Shown here piece by piece: positions 10,932-19,922 of a DNA stretch of 36,440 bases. Source of the DNA: Verrucomicrobiota bacterium (GTDB lineage: Bacteria > Verrucomicrobiota > Verrucomicrobiia > Limisphaerales > AV2); contig QHOP01000368.1 in assembly GCA_003219345.1 (NCBI GenBank), positions 1 through 36,440 of the forward strand, given 5' to 3'. The notes under the pieces were generated by a model. It saw nothing but the letters and a program-made list of their open reading frames with translations. It ran no database searches and was not told where the DNA came from. Within the stretch, counting starts at the first letter, position 1. Each line of letters begins with the position of its first letter. Made by a program: the position numbers and the translations under genes.

Positions 10932-13900
10932 GTGAACCACCGCCGTAAAGCGCCAGCTTCCCGCTCGACTGGGACGAAGGTATTTCCTTTTCTCTTCGTG
11001 ACCGCCTGGATGTGCGTCGGCGCCTTGATCAAATGGGACGCACGGTGGCTTTATTTGCTGCTCGGCCTCGCCGTGATCGCGGGCCTATGGGCGGGACGCC
11101 CACGAGCTCTTCCACGCGTGCTGCTACTGCTGGCCTTGGTCTTTCCTGTTTGGAAGAAAGTAGAGCAACGGCCCCATCCGGTCGCGGCCGGCGTAAACGC
11201 GGCGGCCACCGGTGAGAAGGCGGCGCCAGTCACGGATGATGCGGCGGTGATCAGCGCGCTGGTTACGGACGAGGAAACGTATTTGACGTTAAGTCCGAAG
11301 ATGAGCGGGCTTTCAAAGGGCCTGCTCAACTTGCGCCTGCCAGGGCCGGGAGATGACGCGGTGTTCGCGCCTTCAGTAAGCGTTTCGGATATCGGTCCCG
11401 CCCCGGCAACTACCGCCACTGGCGAAAACATGATGGAGTCACGGACGTGGCCCGTCGCCGCGAGCGCGAAGGAAGTGGTGCAAGTTGACTTGTGGCGCCC
11501 ATTGCTGGATGCCGTCTCCTGGTTTGAACACGCAAAGGTGTATCTCATCAGCGGTGAACACCCTGTTGGCGACACGCTCCGATACGAGGCGATCGGCGGG
11601 TTCGACGCATTGGCGCGGATGAAGTCCGGCGAATGGCGTTCGCTGCACGGCAAAATGAAGCTCACTTGGCAGCGCGCGAAAGCCACGCCAGGCGAGCCCG
11701 GACCGGACTGGCGGATCACCGGATGGAAGACTGAGGAACTTCATTGGATCGCCAGCCCCAAGCGGTTGTTCGTCGAGGCGCTGGACACCGCTCTGCGGGC
11801 CCCACAGGATATTGAGAAGGCGCGGCGCTCCCAACATTACGAAGCCACGCTGAAATATTACCGCGACGGTATGAAGTCACCTCCGCATCCCTATTTTGCG
11901 CCGATCTCCGTAAACCAGAAGGAGGGCATCGCCGTAGCCGACATCGATGGTGACGGCTTTGACGACATCTATATCACGGTGCGGATCGGAAAAAACATGC
12001 TGCTGCGAAACCATGGAGACGGCACGTTCACCGAAGAAGCCGCGTTATTTGGCCTTGATCTCCCCGGTCATACGACTTGCGCGCTTTTCGCCGATTTCGA
12101 CAACGACGGCGATCTTGACGTGATGCTCGGGCGTAGTCTCCTGAAGACGACCTATCTCGAAAACCGGGGCGGCCATTTCTTTCAACACCCCATTCCCGCT
12201 TACATGCCGATGGCCGTGATTTCCATGTCCGCGGCCGATTACAACGGCGATGGCCTGCTTGATATCTACCTCTGCACTTACCGGCCGGCCGCTCCCGTTG
12301 GCGCCAGCCCGGCCGGCGGCGTCGCCCAGGTCAAAGAAGGTGACTTTGATTGGCCGGATGAGTTCTTCTCCCCTGAGATGGCAAAGGAATACCGGCGCCG
12401 GCTGGCCGAACACAGGCAGCGCAAGGGCGGCACCGTGCTCGACCAACTCGGCCCGCCCAACGTCTTGCTAGTAAATCGGGGCGGGGGACGCTTCGAGGTG
12501 GCGCCCGAGAACAGCACTGTTGGCATCTGGCGCAACTCGCTTCAAGCCACTTGGTGCGATTACAACCTGGACGGAAGGCCGGACCTGTACGTTGCGAACG
12601 ACTGGGGTCCCGACGTGCTGTTTCGCAATGACGGGCCGGCCGGCTTCACGGACGTGACTGCCGAAGCTGGCCTGACCGCGTACGGCTTCGCCATGGGCGC
12701 TTCCTGGGGCGACTATGACAATGATGGCCGCGAAGACCTTTACGTCTCTAATATGTATAGTGAGGCTGGCCGCCGCATGACCGCCCGAATCCCAGGATTG
12801 AGCAAGATGTTCGTTGAATCTGCCGCGGGCAACTGGCTTTACCACAAGGAGGCCAACGGCAAATTCAAGCAGGTCGCCGGTCTGGAGCCGCCCGCGATGA
12901 CTGTGATGAACGCCGGGTGGTCCTGGGGCGGATGTTTCGCGGACTTCGACAACGATGGCTTCCTCGATCTTTATGTGCTCAGTGGTTACTTTACCGCCCC
13001 AAAGGAACTTTCCTCCGAATTGGACCTCGAAAGCAATCTCTGGCGCACCATGGTGCGCACTGACGAGAACCTCTCCCGCCCCACCTTCCGTTTTTCTCCC
13101 GAATGGAAACGAACCCGCGCCCCCGATAACCTCGGTCCGCAAATTGACGCGCGGCTGGCCGGGGTCGAGCGACAGGGAGACAAAGTATTGGTCCATTCCC
13201 TCAACGGCAGCGAACGCAACCATTACTTCGCCAACCGCGGCGGCCGCTCCTTTGTGGATATCTCCGGCCTCTCAGGATTGGATAACCCGGCCGACAGCCG
13301 GGGCTTCGCAGTGCTGGACTATGATCGCGACGGATGGCAGGACATCGCGTTGGTCAACGCCAACCAGCCCCTTTTCAATCTCTATCGCAATGAAATGCCG
13401 GCGGCGAGGCTGAGCGGTGGCATGATCGCGCTCCGGTTCGTCGGCGGGAATCGGACCTCGGCTCCCTCCAAAGAATTCGCTTGCCGCGATGGCTATGGCG
13501 CGCGCGTCGCGGTGGACCTTGGCGATGAAAAACTCGTTCGCGAACATCGCTGCGGCGATGGCTGGTCCACGCAGAATTCCGCGACTATGATCGTGGGAAT
13601 TGGCTCTCACGCGACGGTTGCTTCTGTCTCGGTGCGATGGCCGTCGGGCAAGACAACCTCCACGCAAGCCATTCCGGAAGGAACCCTCCTCACCGTCTAC
13701 GAAAACCCGGCGGACGCTCCCGCGGGCGAACCGTTCACGCGGAGCGCCTATCGTGTAAAGCCGGCTGCTCCACCTTTATTGGTCACCGACCGGCCCATGT
13801 TTCCTCTGGCCGCCGTGGATACCCGCGCCAAACCCGGCGCGCGCCTGCGCGTTTACACAACATTTGCAACGTGGTGCCCCTCCTGTAAAAAACACTTGCC

Positions 13901-14216
13901 CATTCAGCGGCGCCTGAAGGATGAACTCGCGAGCGAGGGCGTCGATCTTATCGCGATCCCCATCGATGAAGAAGATGACGACCGTAAGCTGGCCGCCTAC
14001 AACACGGAATGGCATCCCCCCGCGCGCCTGGTCAATCTCGCCCCCGCCAGGCGCAAGGAGGCCACGGCCGCCTTTGCCAAAGCGCTCGGCGAGGATCCCC
14101 CCCCGCTTCCATCGACCGTCATCACCGACGGCTCCGGCCGCTTCCTTGCGGCCCAACAAGGCGTCCCGACCGTTTCCACTTTAAGAAAAATGCTCCGCCT
14201 GGATCTGATGAGGTAA
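10932..14216 (+). CDS. Membrane-anchored CRTAC1-like protein: FG-GAP/VCBS repeats, ASPIC/UnbV domain, C-terminal thioredoxin-like CxxC domain
   Basis: N-terminal hydrophobic segments. Repeated D.D.DG..D[IL]Y motifs (ADIDGDGFDDIY, ADFDNDGDLD, GDYDNDGREDLYVSNM). UnbV-type RDGYGARV...GDGWSTQNS...IVGIG...VRWPSG. C-terminal TFATWCPSCKKHLP...LPSTVITD. Confidence 0.85.
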   Translation: MNHRRKAPASRSTGTKVFPFLFVTAWMCVGALIKWDARWLYLLLGLAVIAGLWAGRPRALPRVLLLLALVFPVWKKVEQRPHPVAAGVNAAATGEKAAPVTDDAAVISALVTDEETYLTLSPKMSGLSKGLLNLRLPGPGDDAVFAPSVSVSDIGPAPATTATGENMMESRTWPVAASAKEVVQVDLWRPLLDAVSWFEHAKVYLISGEHPVGDTLRYEAIGGFDALARMKSGEWRSLHGKMKLTWQRAKATPGEPGPDWRITGWKTEELHWIASPKRLFVEALDTALRAPQDIEKARRSQHYEATLKYYRDGMKSPPHPYFAPISVNQKEGIAVADIDGDGFDDIYITVRIGKNMLLRNHGDGTFTEEAALFGLDLPGHTTCALFADFDNDGDLDVMLGRSLLKTTYLENRGGHFFQHPIPAYMPMAVISMSAADYNGDGLLDIYLCTYRPAAPVGASPAGGVAQVKEGDFDWPDEFFSPEMAKEYRRRLAEHRQRKGGTVLDQLGPPNVLLVNRGGGRFEVAPENSTVGIWRNSLQATWCDYNLDGRPDLYVANDWGPDVLFRNDGPAGFTDVTAEAGLTAYGFAMGASWGDYDNDGREDLYVSNMYSEAGRRMTARIPGLSKMFVESAAGNWLYHKEANGKFKQVAGLEPPAMTVMNAGWSWGGCFADFDNDGFLDLYVLSGYFTAPKELSSELDLESNLWRTMVRTDENLSRPTFRFSPEWKRTRAPDNLGPQIDARLAGVERQGDKVLVHSLNGSERNHYFANRGGRSFVDISGLSGLDNPADSRGFAVLDYDRDGWQDIALVNANQPLFNLYRNEMPAARLSGGMIALRFVGGNRTSAPSKEFACRDGYGARVAVDLGDEKLVREHRCGDGWSTQNSATMIVGIGSHATVASVSVRWPSGKTTSTQAIPEGTLLTVYENPADAPAGEPFTRSAYRVKPAAPPLLVTDRPMFPLAAVDTRAKPGARLRVYTTFATWCPSCKKHLPIQRRLKDELASEGVDLIAIPIDEEDDDRKLAAYNTEWHPPARLVNLAPARRKEATAAFAKALGEDPPPLPSTVITDGSGRFLAAQQGVPTVSTLRKMLRLDLMR

Positions 14217-14383
14217 GCGGGCATCCTTTTCAAAGAGGATTTCCAAAGCAGAACGGACATAAGGGTAAAATAGCTTCGGCGAGCGCAACGGCAACGAAAT
14301 ACGCTCCTTGTTCACAATCGCCATTTCGTTTCCACCATCGCGCGTGACATTCGCCACAACCCCATTGGATTCGCCACGACAAT

Positions 14384-14407
14384 CTTTTGTTGCATATGCA
14401 ACAAAAG
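14384..14407. promoter_or_regulatory. Perfect 24-bp palindrome, putative operator or cassette end (downstream copy)
   Basis: CTTTTGTTGCAT|ATGCAACAAAAG, 11 bp beyond the stop codon of the PaaX-family gene; identical to 15247-15270. Confidence 0.7.
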
Positions 14408-14418
14408 TTCGTCACTGG

Positions 14419-15204
14419 TCACGGCCGGTTGAACGTGTGCAGTTGTCGGCCGGCGTCCCGGAGCACTTCCACCCGCCGCCGCCACGCCTGCTGCCCCAGG
14501 TAATCAGAGGGCAGAATCCGGCCCGGCAGCAGGGGATCGTTTGTCACCGCGTCCAGCCACCCTTCGCGCTCCGCCGTCGCCCAGCGCAGCAACGCTTTCG
14601 CCGTCGCGTCGTTGCGGAGCACGCCGCGCGGCCGCTCATCCAGCACTTTCAGATGTCGCGCGTAGCGGCGGTTGATGCGCTCAAAGTCCCACGCGCCCGC
14701 GACGATTTCCGCGTCCGATTCCCCCGCGCAGGGACGCGCCTCCAGCAGGAGCAGCGATTCTACGTTGATCTTCCCGCCGCCGAGAATCTGTCGTTCCTCC
14801 TCCAGCGGATCGGGCGTGATCCACGCGCTGTTTTGCAGATAGCCGAAGCCCTTGTCACGCAGGTAACGTCGCAGCCGTTCGCGCTGGGCGTTTTGTCCCG
14901 TGGGCACGTCGAAGAGCACGAGCCGCCATTGTCCATCCCATCGACGCGCCCAGCGCTCCTCCGGGTCGCGCCCGCCCAGGACGTGTAATCGGCCCTGCAC
15001 CGTCAAGCGATAGAGGCGGTCAGTCGCGGTGCTGGCGTCGCGCTCCAGCAGTTGTTGCTCCTGCAAGGTCGCGACCTGGCGCACGAGGCCGTTGCGATAG
15101 GCCCAGCTTTCGTAGGAGTCGGTCAGGTTGCGAAAAGTCGGTCGCGCGAGCATGTCGGCGGACCAGAGCAGGAGGTTCAGGAATTCTTCGGTCTTGGGTT
15201 GCAT
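14419..15204 (-). CDS. PaaX-family transcriptional regulator (wHTH, central ferredoxin-like domain, PaaX_C); likely start ATG 15204 (MQPKTEE)
   Basis: YRLTVQG wing; WDGQWRLVLFDVP...R.RLR..L...GFGYLQNSAWITP; WDFERINRRY; DPLLPGRILPSDYLG. The longer ORF-track start (15267) lies inside the palindrome/promoter. Confidence 0.85.
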   Translation of the reverse strand: MQPKTEEFLNLLLWSADMLARPTFRNLTDSYESWAYRNGLVRQVATLQEQQLLERDASTATDRLYRLTVQGRLHVLGGRDPEERWARRWDGQWRLVLFDVPTGQNAQRERLRRYLRDKGFGYLQNSAWITPDPLEEERQILGGGKINVESLLLLEARPCAGESDAEIVAGAWDFERINRRYARHLKVLDERPRGVLRNDATAKALLRWATAEREGWLDAVTNDPLLPGRILPSDYLGQQAWRRRVEVLRDAGRQLHTFNRP

Positions 15205-15211
15205 GGAAAAA

Positions 15212-15240
15212 AACATGGCCGCGCGGCGGGCAAATTGCAA
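15212..15240 (-). promoter_or_regulatory. Candidate sigma70 promoter giving a leaderless transcript of the PaaX-family gene
   Basis: Minus strand reads TTGCAA-N17-CATGTT-N7-ATG, with no Shine-Dalgarno before the ATG. The -10 is a weak match. Confidence 0.4.
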
Positions 15241-15242
15241 TG

Positions 15243-15274
15243 CAACCTTTTGTTGCATATGCAACAAAAGGTTG
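15243..15274. promoter_or_regulatory. Perfect 32-bp palindrome, putative autoregulatory operator (upstream copy)
   Basis: CAACCTTTTGTTGCAT|ATGCAACAAAAGGTTG, abutting the candidate -35 box. Confidence 0.75.
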
Positions 15275-15301
15275 TCATGGCCTACAATACCGTTGCCTCT
15301 A

Positions 15302-16496
15302 GTGTAGTGTCCCTCAAATAGAGGGTTTTATTTTCCGGCATTTTGGCTCGGTGCAGCCGGGGTTGAGTTCTTCGAGACGGCGTTTGCATTTGGCAATCTT
15401 CTCCAGGATTTTCTCAACGCTTGCTGTCCAGACAAACGGCTTGGGATTCGTGTTCCAAGCAGCCAAGAAATCAGCAATGGCCTGTTCCAGTTCGGCGACG
15501 CTGTGGAAGGCGCCTCGGCGCACCGCCTTCTCGCTCAATTCCTCAAACCACCGCTCGACTAAATTGAGCCAACTGGAACTGGTGGGTATGAAATGCAGGA
15601 CAAATCGCGGATGTTTGGCCAGCCAGCGGCGCACCCGTTCGTGACCGTGCGTGCCGTAGTTGTCCAGAATCAGGTGCAAGGCCGTCGCCTCCGGAAATTC
15701 CGCGTCCAAGCGACGGAGAAAGCGCAGAAACTCCTGATGTCGATGACGGGAATAACATTCTCCGATAACGCGGCCTTCGACCATTTGCAGCGCAGCAAAA
15801 AGAGTCGTGGTGCCATGGCGTTTGTAATCATGAGTGAACGTGCCGCACCGGCCCGGCTTGAGCGGCAGCCCCGGTTGGGTGCGGTCCAGCGCTTGAATCT
15901 GACTCTTTTCATCCACGCACAACACAACCGCATTTTGCGGCGGAGTCAAATAGATGCCCACCACGTCGGTGAGCTTCTCCAGGAATTTTGGATCACGCGA
16001 GAGCTTGAAACTGCGGCGTAAGTGCGGCTTGAGGTTCTGCTCTTGCCAGAGGCGATGAACCGTATTCTTGCTGACCGCGTGCGCTTGGGCCAGCGTCCGC
16101 GTGCTCCAATGCGTTGCGCCAGGCCGATGAGCATGCAGCGTGGCCTTCACCATCTCCGCGACTTTGGTCGCACTGATACGAGTCTTGCGGCCGCGCCCCG
16201 GCGCGATTTCCCACACGCAACCGATGCCTTGTTGGCGCACACGATAACGCCACCGGGCTGCGGTGCGCTTGCGCACTCCAAGAGCCGAAGCGATTTGCTT
16301 GTCTTGCTGACCGTTTGCGGCGGCCTGAATAATCCGACAGCGCAAGGCGACTTGCTGGGGCGTCGAACCGGATCGAATCCATTGTTCCAAACGAGCCATT
16401 TCAGACTCCGACAGAATGACGGGACACGTTTTCCGAGGCATCCTGTCATCGTTTGAACCCGGGAAAATAAGTCCACTTATTTAAGGGACACTACAC
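15302..16496 (-). mobile_element. Complete IS630-family insertion sequence (1195 bp) with TA target duplication
   Basis: Left end TA|GTGTAGTGTCCCTCAAATA and right end TATTTAAGGGACACTACAC|TA: 19-bp TIRs with one mismatch. TA at 15300-15301 and 16497-16498. The reconstructed empty site is cTAg. Confidence 0.95.
15314..16441 (-). CDS. IS630-family DDE transposase
   Basis: HTH region and THWSTRTLA; VLCVDEKSQIQALDRTQP; THDYKRHGTTTLFAAL; LILDNYGTH; PTSSSWLNLVERWF. The stop codon lies within the left TIR. Confidence 0.97.
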   Translation of the reverse strand: MPRKTCPVILSESEMARLEQWIRSGSTPQQVALRCRIIQAAANGQQDKQIASALGVRKRTAARWRYRVRQQGIGCVWEIAPGRGRKTRISATKVAEMVKATLHAHRPGATHWSTRTLAQAHAVSKNTVHRLWQEQNLKPHLRRSFKLSRDPKFLEKLTDVVGIYLTPPQNAVVLCVDEKSQIQALDRTQPGLPLKPGRCGTFTHDYKRHGTTTLFAALQMVEGRVIGECYSRHRHQEFLRFLRRLDAEFPEATALHLILDNYGTHGHERVRRWLAKHPRFVLHFIPTSSSWLNLVERWFEELSEKAVRRGAFHSVAELEQAIADFLAAWNTNPKPFVWTASVEKILEKIAKCKRRLEELNPGCTEPKCRKIKPSI

Positions 16497-19400
16497 TAGC
16501 GCGTTGCCGTTTGTTTGAGAACTTTCCCTTCAACCCAGCGGGTGTTGTATTTTCGGTGCAGCGCATCGCTCGGGAACTGGGGCCGCTGCTCCCGGCCATA
16601 GAGCTGATCGTCCATGCCGTGGAAGGGCAGTGGCTCGACTTGCGTGCCTGCGGCCACATGAAAATCGGAATCTTTGTCCCAGCCATCGGCGTAAAGGAAA
16701 AATTCGCGGACGCACCCCGCTGGCTTCGGCGGCAGAGAACTCGCCGTAAATTTCAGGCTCAATTCGTCCCCGCCATTCATCAAAGCGAGTCCCTCATCGC
16801 GAGAGGCAATCAGTTCGGAGACGTCACCATAGCGCGTACACCACCCGCCTGGAGTAATAGTCCAATAGGAGTTCGGGCCGACTGTGTCATAGTCCGGTGT
16901 GAGCGGCCAATCTGGCGGCAGATTTTGCGGCGGGCTGAAGCCGCGGAAATGCAGGTCCGCTTCGCTGGGGGTAATGAAGGTGCTCTTTGTCCGCGCGTTC
17001 GGTTTCTTTTCCATTAACGCGATGTGGTCCCAATGAATCTCAAAGGCCTCTGTCAAACGCAACCGGCGCGTGCCCGCCTCCAATTTCCCTTCAAGATCCA
17101 CAAGGATTGTTTTGGTTTTTCCGGCTGGGGCGCCCACAGTCACGTCCACCGCTTTCCAACTTCCGGGAGCGACTTCGGCTTCCAGAGCGGGAAATGGAAA
17201 CGGGAGCGACGGGTCGTGTGAAGCGGCGATATTGGCCATGCCCCCGCCAAACCGAAGCCAGCCATTCATCACCAACACCAGCGGTTTGCTCGCGTCCAGC
17301 GGCCCGAAATCGAGGACCAATCCGTGAGGCTCGGCCAGCCCGCGAAGCTGCGGAACGCGCAATCTGGGGGGCGACACGCGCCGGCCATCGACGGTCTTTA
17401 AAGCAGAAGTGACCTCCTGCCCCGAGTTTAGAGTCCCGCCTTTAGGCGGCTGGGTGTCAAAAGCGGAACCGGCTAAAGCCGGCACCACCAGCTTTGCTTC
17501 GTCCAGGTAGAGCGCCTCGCGAAGCTCTTCGGTGATCTGAACCTCGTACTTCCCGTCCCTCGCGGGGAAGGTCTGCTCGTTTCCAATCCAAACAAGTTCT
17601 TTCGGATCGGCCTCGATATAGCGTCCCTCCGCAATGGGCAGGCCGAGCGGCGCTGCTCCCAAAATATCGGTGACAAACCGAAAACGCTTCCCATCCCACG
17701 CATACAGGTAGGGACAGGAGCCTTCCTGAATCGTCAATTCCAAGGCGAAGAGCGGCTCCTTGCAATTGAAAGTCACCTCGGCGGAGCCTTGGGGCCAGTT
17801 GAACCAATGCACCAGGAACGAATCCAGCTTCTGATGTTTCCCCACCCCCACCTCCACCGGCAGGCGCTGCACCGTCCGGAGCAGGCGCAGTCCGCCCGTT
17901 TCGATCTCGACTTTGCAGCCGATTCCGCTGGCGTTGGAACGGTTCCCAAGCAATTGCACCTTGATTTGCGAATTGGCGTTGCCACCCTCATTGCGCAGGT
18001 AACGCAGGCCCCCATTCGCCAGGGCGACAATCACATCCGAATCGCAGTCCATGTCAAAATCAGCGAAGTGGATTTCCGACACCGCGCCGCCATCGAATTT
18101 ATCAAGGCCGAGTTGGGCTGTTTGTTCCTGAAATCCGGCAAGACCGAGATTGCGCCACACCCGGATTTTTTCTCCAACCGCCCAGAGGTCCAGCCATCCA
18201 TCGTTATCGTAATCGACCGCCACGAGCTGACGGACACCTTCGACCCCCAATTCTGGACGCGCATTAAGACCTTGAACCGCCCCCTCACCCGCCCTTCGAG
18301 CACCCTCTCCCCCTCGGAGGGGGAGAGGGACGGGGTGAGGGGGCGATTTACCGAAAGCGGCTTGTCTCGAGAATGCAATCTCCTTTCGCTCTCCGCCATT
18401 GAAGCAGATGCTGATTTTCCCATCACTCACCACCGCCAGGTCCGGCCGCAGGTCGTTATCGAAATCGCCGGTGCAAAAAATGGCGCCGGCGACCCAATGG
18501 GTCGGCTCGCGGGGGACCAGCCGTCCGCCGCGCTGTTTTTCGAGGAGTAACGTCGGCCCTTCCTTCCGGCTCGCGATCACATCCATATTCTCGTCCCGGT
18601 TCCAATCCTCCATCATTACCGCCTGGGCGTCGTGAAGCGAGGCAGGTATCCCGGACGTGCTGGTGATATCGGTGAAAAGCAGCGGGCCGAATTGGCGATA
18701 GACCCGCACATCATTGGTGTTTCCGGTCACTGCTATCAAATCCAGTTTTCCCGTGAAATCCAGGTCCATCAGCGTTCCGTCAATCGCGCTCAGGGTGCTC
18801 AGGCGACTCCGTGGCGAGACATCCATCGCCAGCCCATTCGTCCCGAATTTGAATAGATGACTTCCTTTGTCCCCGAGCACGACGATATCGTCGAAGCGAT
18901 CATTCTGGAGATCGCCAACCAGCATTTTGGAATAGTGCGCAGACGGGATGGCCGGGTAAGGCGCGCCATAGGGATGGAAAGTGCCATTGGTATTCCAGAG
19001 CAAGCGAAAGGTGCGACCCGCACCTGGCACCGGCCCTTTCTCAACCACGAAGAGACTGTTCCAACCTGTATGGTTCGCATCAATCACCCCGATCGGACCA
19101 GAGAAATGCTGTGCGCCATCGCCCAAGACCTCTTTGGTCGCATCGATAAACCTGATTCTGATTCCTTCTTTGTCCGGCTGCTCCAGCTTGAACGGCACCC
19201 GGGCCTGGGTGTACTTGCTCCTCTCGAATGTGGCGGCGCTCGCCGCGGGTTCTCCGGGGTTGGCTTGGTGCAGTTGAAGCTCCTGCTGCGCCTCATCCTG
19301 CCGCCCTGCGCGGAGGAGCGCCTGGGCCAACAGGTAATGCGCCGCCGAGTGGAGATGGTTTGGGTCCATCCCAATGCCTTCCCGGAACGCGGCGATGGCT

Positions 19401-19876
19401 TCGTCCCATTGTTTCAACCCCATCCGGGCCCTCCCAAGCTGAAAGGATGTCGCCGTTTGTATCGGATCAATTTTCTTCGCGTTTTCCAAGGCTTTCGCTG
19501 CTTCCTCCGGGTTGGACAGACGAAGGTATGCGGACCCTTTGACAAAGTAAGCCGCCGCTGAATTGGGCTCGAGTTTTAGAACTTCATCCGCCTCTCTAAT
19601 CGCCTCCGCCGCCGCTCCGCCCAACAAGTAGCAATTGGCCAGGTTCAATCGCACATCTGCGTCGTTCGGGACAATGGCCGCAGCCTTTTTATAGATGGCC
19701 AGAGCATTGGTGGCATCGCCCAGGTCCAGATAGTTCTTTCCGGCATTCATCAGGCTGAGGAACTGAGCACTGTTCGGCGCGGCGTCGGATTGGTTTGAGG
19801 AACCGCTGCGTTTGCATCCCGCCAGGCAAAACGCCAGCAGAAACAAGCACGCTGATTGGGCAAGCATGGGGCGCAT
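16496..19876 (-). CDS. Lipoprotein with TPR repeats, FG-GAP repeats, ASPIC/UnbV domain and C-terminal SCP domain; carries two in-frame palindromic-repeat insertions
   Basis: Lipobox LAGC. TPR helices (A...Y.KA..I.P, AAAYFVKGSAY). DFDNDLRPDL, DYDNDGWLDL, DFDMDCDSD. SNASGIGCKVEI; GSCPYLYAWDG; ITEELREALYLD; DGWDKDSD. Confidence 0.85.
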   Translation of the reverse strand: MRPMLAQSACLFLLAFCLAGCKRSGSSNQSDAAPNSAQFLSLMNAGKNYLDLGDATNALAIYKKAAAIVPNDADVRLNLANCYLLGGAAAEAIREADEVLKLEPNSAAAYFVKGSAYLRLSNPEEAAKALENAKKIDPIQTATSFQLGRARMGLKQWDEAIAAFREGIGMDPNHLHSAAHYLLAQALLRAGRQDEAQQELQLHQANPGEPAASAATFERSKYTQARVPFKLEQPDKEGIRIRFIDATKEVLGDGAQHFSGPIGVIDANHTGWNSLFVVEKGPVPGAGRTFRLLWNTNGTFHPYGAPYPAIPSAHYSKMLVGDLQNDRFDDIVVLGDKGSHLFKFGTNGLAMDVSPRSRLSTLSAIDGTLMDLDFTGKLDLIAVTGNTNDVRVYRQFGPLLFTDITSTSGIPASLHDAQAVMMEDWNRDENMDVIASRKEGPTLLLEKQRGGRLVPREPTHWVAGAIFCTGDFDNDLRPDLAVVSDGKISICFNGGERKEIAFSRQAAFGKSPPHPVPLPLRGGEGARRAGEGAVQGLNARPELGVEGVRQLVAVDYDNDGWLDLWAVGEKIRVWRNLGLAGFQEQTAQLGLDKFDGGAVSEIHFADFDMDCDSDVIVALANGGLRYLRNEGGNANSQIKVQLLGNRSNASGIGCKVEIETGGLRLLRTVQRLPVEVGVGKHQKLDSFLVHWFNWPQGSAEVTFNCKEPLFALELTIQEGSCPYLYAWDGKRFRFVTDILGAAPLGLPIAEGRYIEADPKELVWIGNEQTFPARDGKYEVQITEELREALYLDEAKLVVPALAGSAFDTQPPKGGTLNSGQEVTSALKTVDGRRVSPPRLRVPQLRGLAEPHGLVLDFGPLDASKPLVLVMNGWLRFGGGMANIAASHDPSLPFPFPALEAEVAPGSWKAVDVTVGAPAGKTKTILVDLEGKLEAGTRRLRLTEAFEIHWDHIALMEKKPNARTKSTFITPSEADLHFRGFSPPQNLPPDWPLTPDYDTVGPNSYWTITPGGWCTRYGDVSELIASRDEGLALMNGGDELSLKFTASSLPPKPAGCVREFFLYADGWDKDSDFHVAAGTQVEPLPFHGMDDQLYGREQRPQFPSDALHRKYNTRWVEGKVLKQTATR
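17426..17492. repeat. REP doublet (family B) inside a CDS
   Basis: GTTTAGAGTC-CCGCCTTTAGGCGG-N19-CCGGCTAAAGCCGG-CACCACCAGC: two short hairpins arranged as an inverted pair. Translated as LVVPALAGSAFDTQPPKGGTLN. Confidence 0.7.
18278..18345. repeat. REP-like palindromic element, family A, copy 2, inside a CDS
   Basis: The reverse complement matches the intergenic copies at 10756 and 25152. Translated in frame as PPHPVPLPLRGGEGARRAGEGA. Confidence 0.9.
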
Positions 19877-19922
19877 TATAGGCTCCGAGGAGCCAATTGG
19901 CCAGATAGGCGATGCACTTTGG

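Noticed and set aside
13020-13045. Possible selenocysteine site in the UnbV protein (DL-x-S..WR motif, where I recall Cys or UGA in some homologues)
   Set aside because: The codon at 13029-13031 is GAA (Glu) and the ORF is continuous; no recoding is needed.
14223-14240. Hairpin ATCCTTT-TCAA-AGAGGAT after the UnbV/thioredoxin gene as a terminator
   Set aside because: Weak stem with no proper U-tract.
15205-15267. N-terminal extension MLHMQQKVAL... of the PaaX-family ORF
   Set aside because: It is a translation of the palindrome and candidate promoter; ATG 15204 fits better.
14340-15300. Possible CRISPR-related locus (Cas2-like fold in PaaX, palindromic repeats)
   Set aside because: Only two repeat copies ~860 bp apart, with no spacer array and no cas genes in the window.
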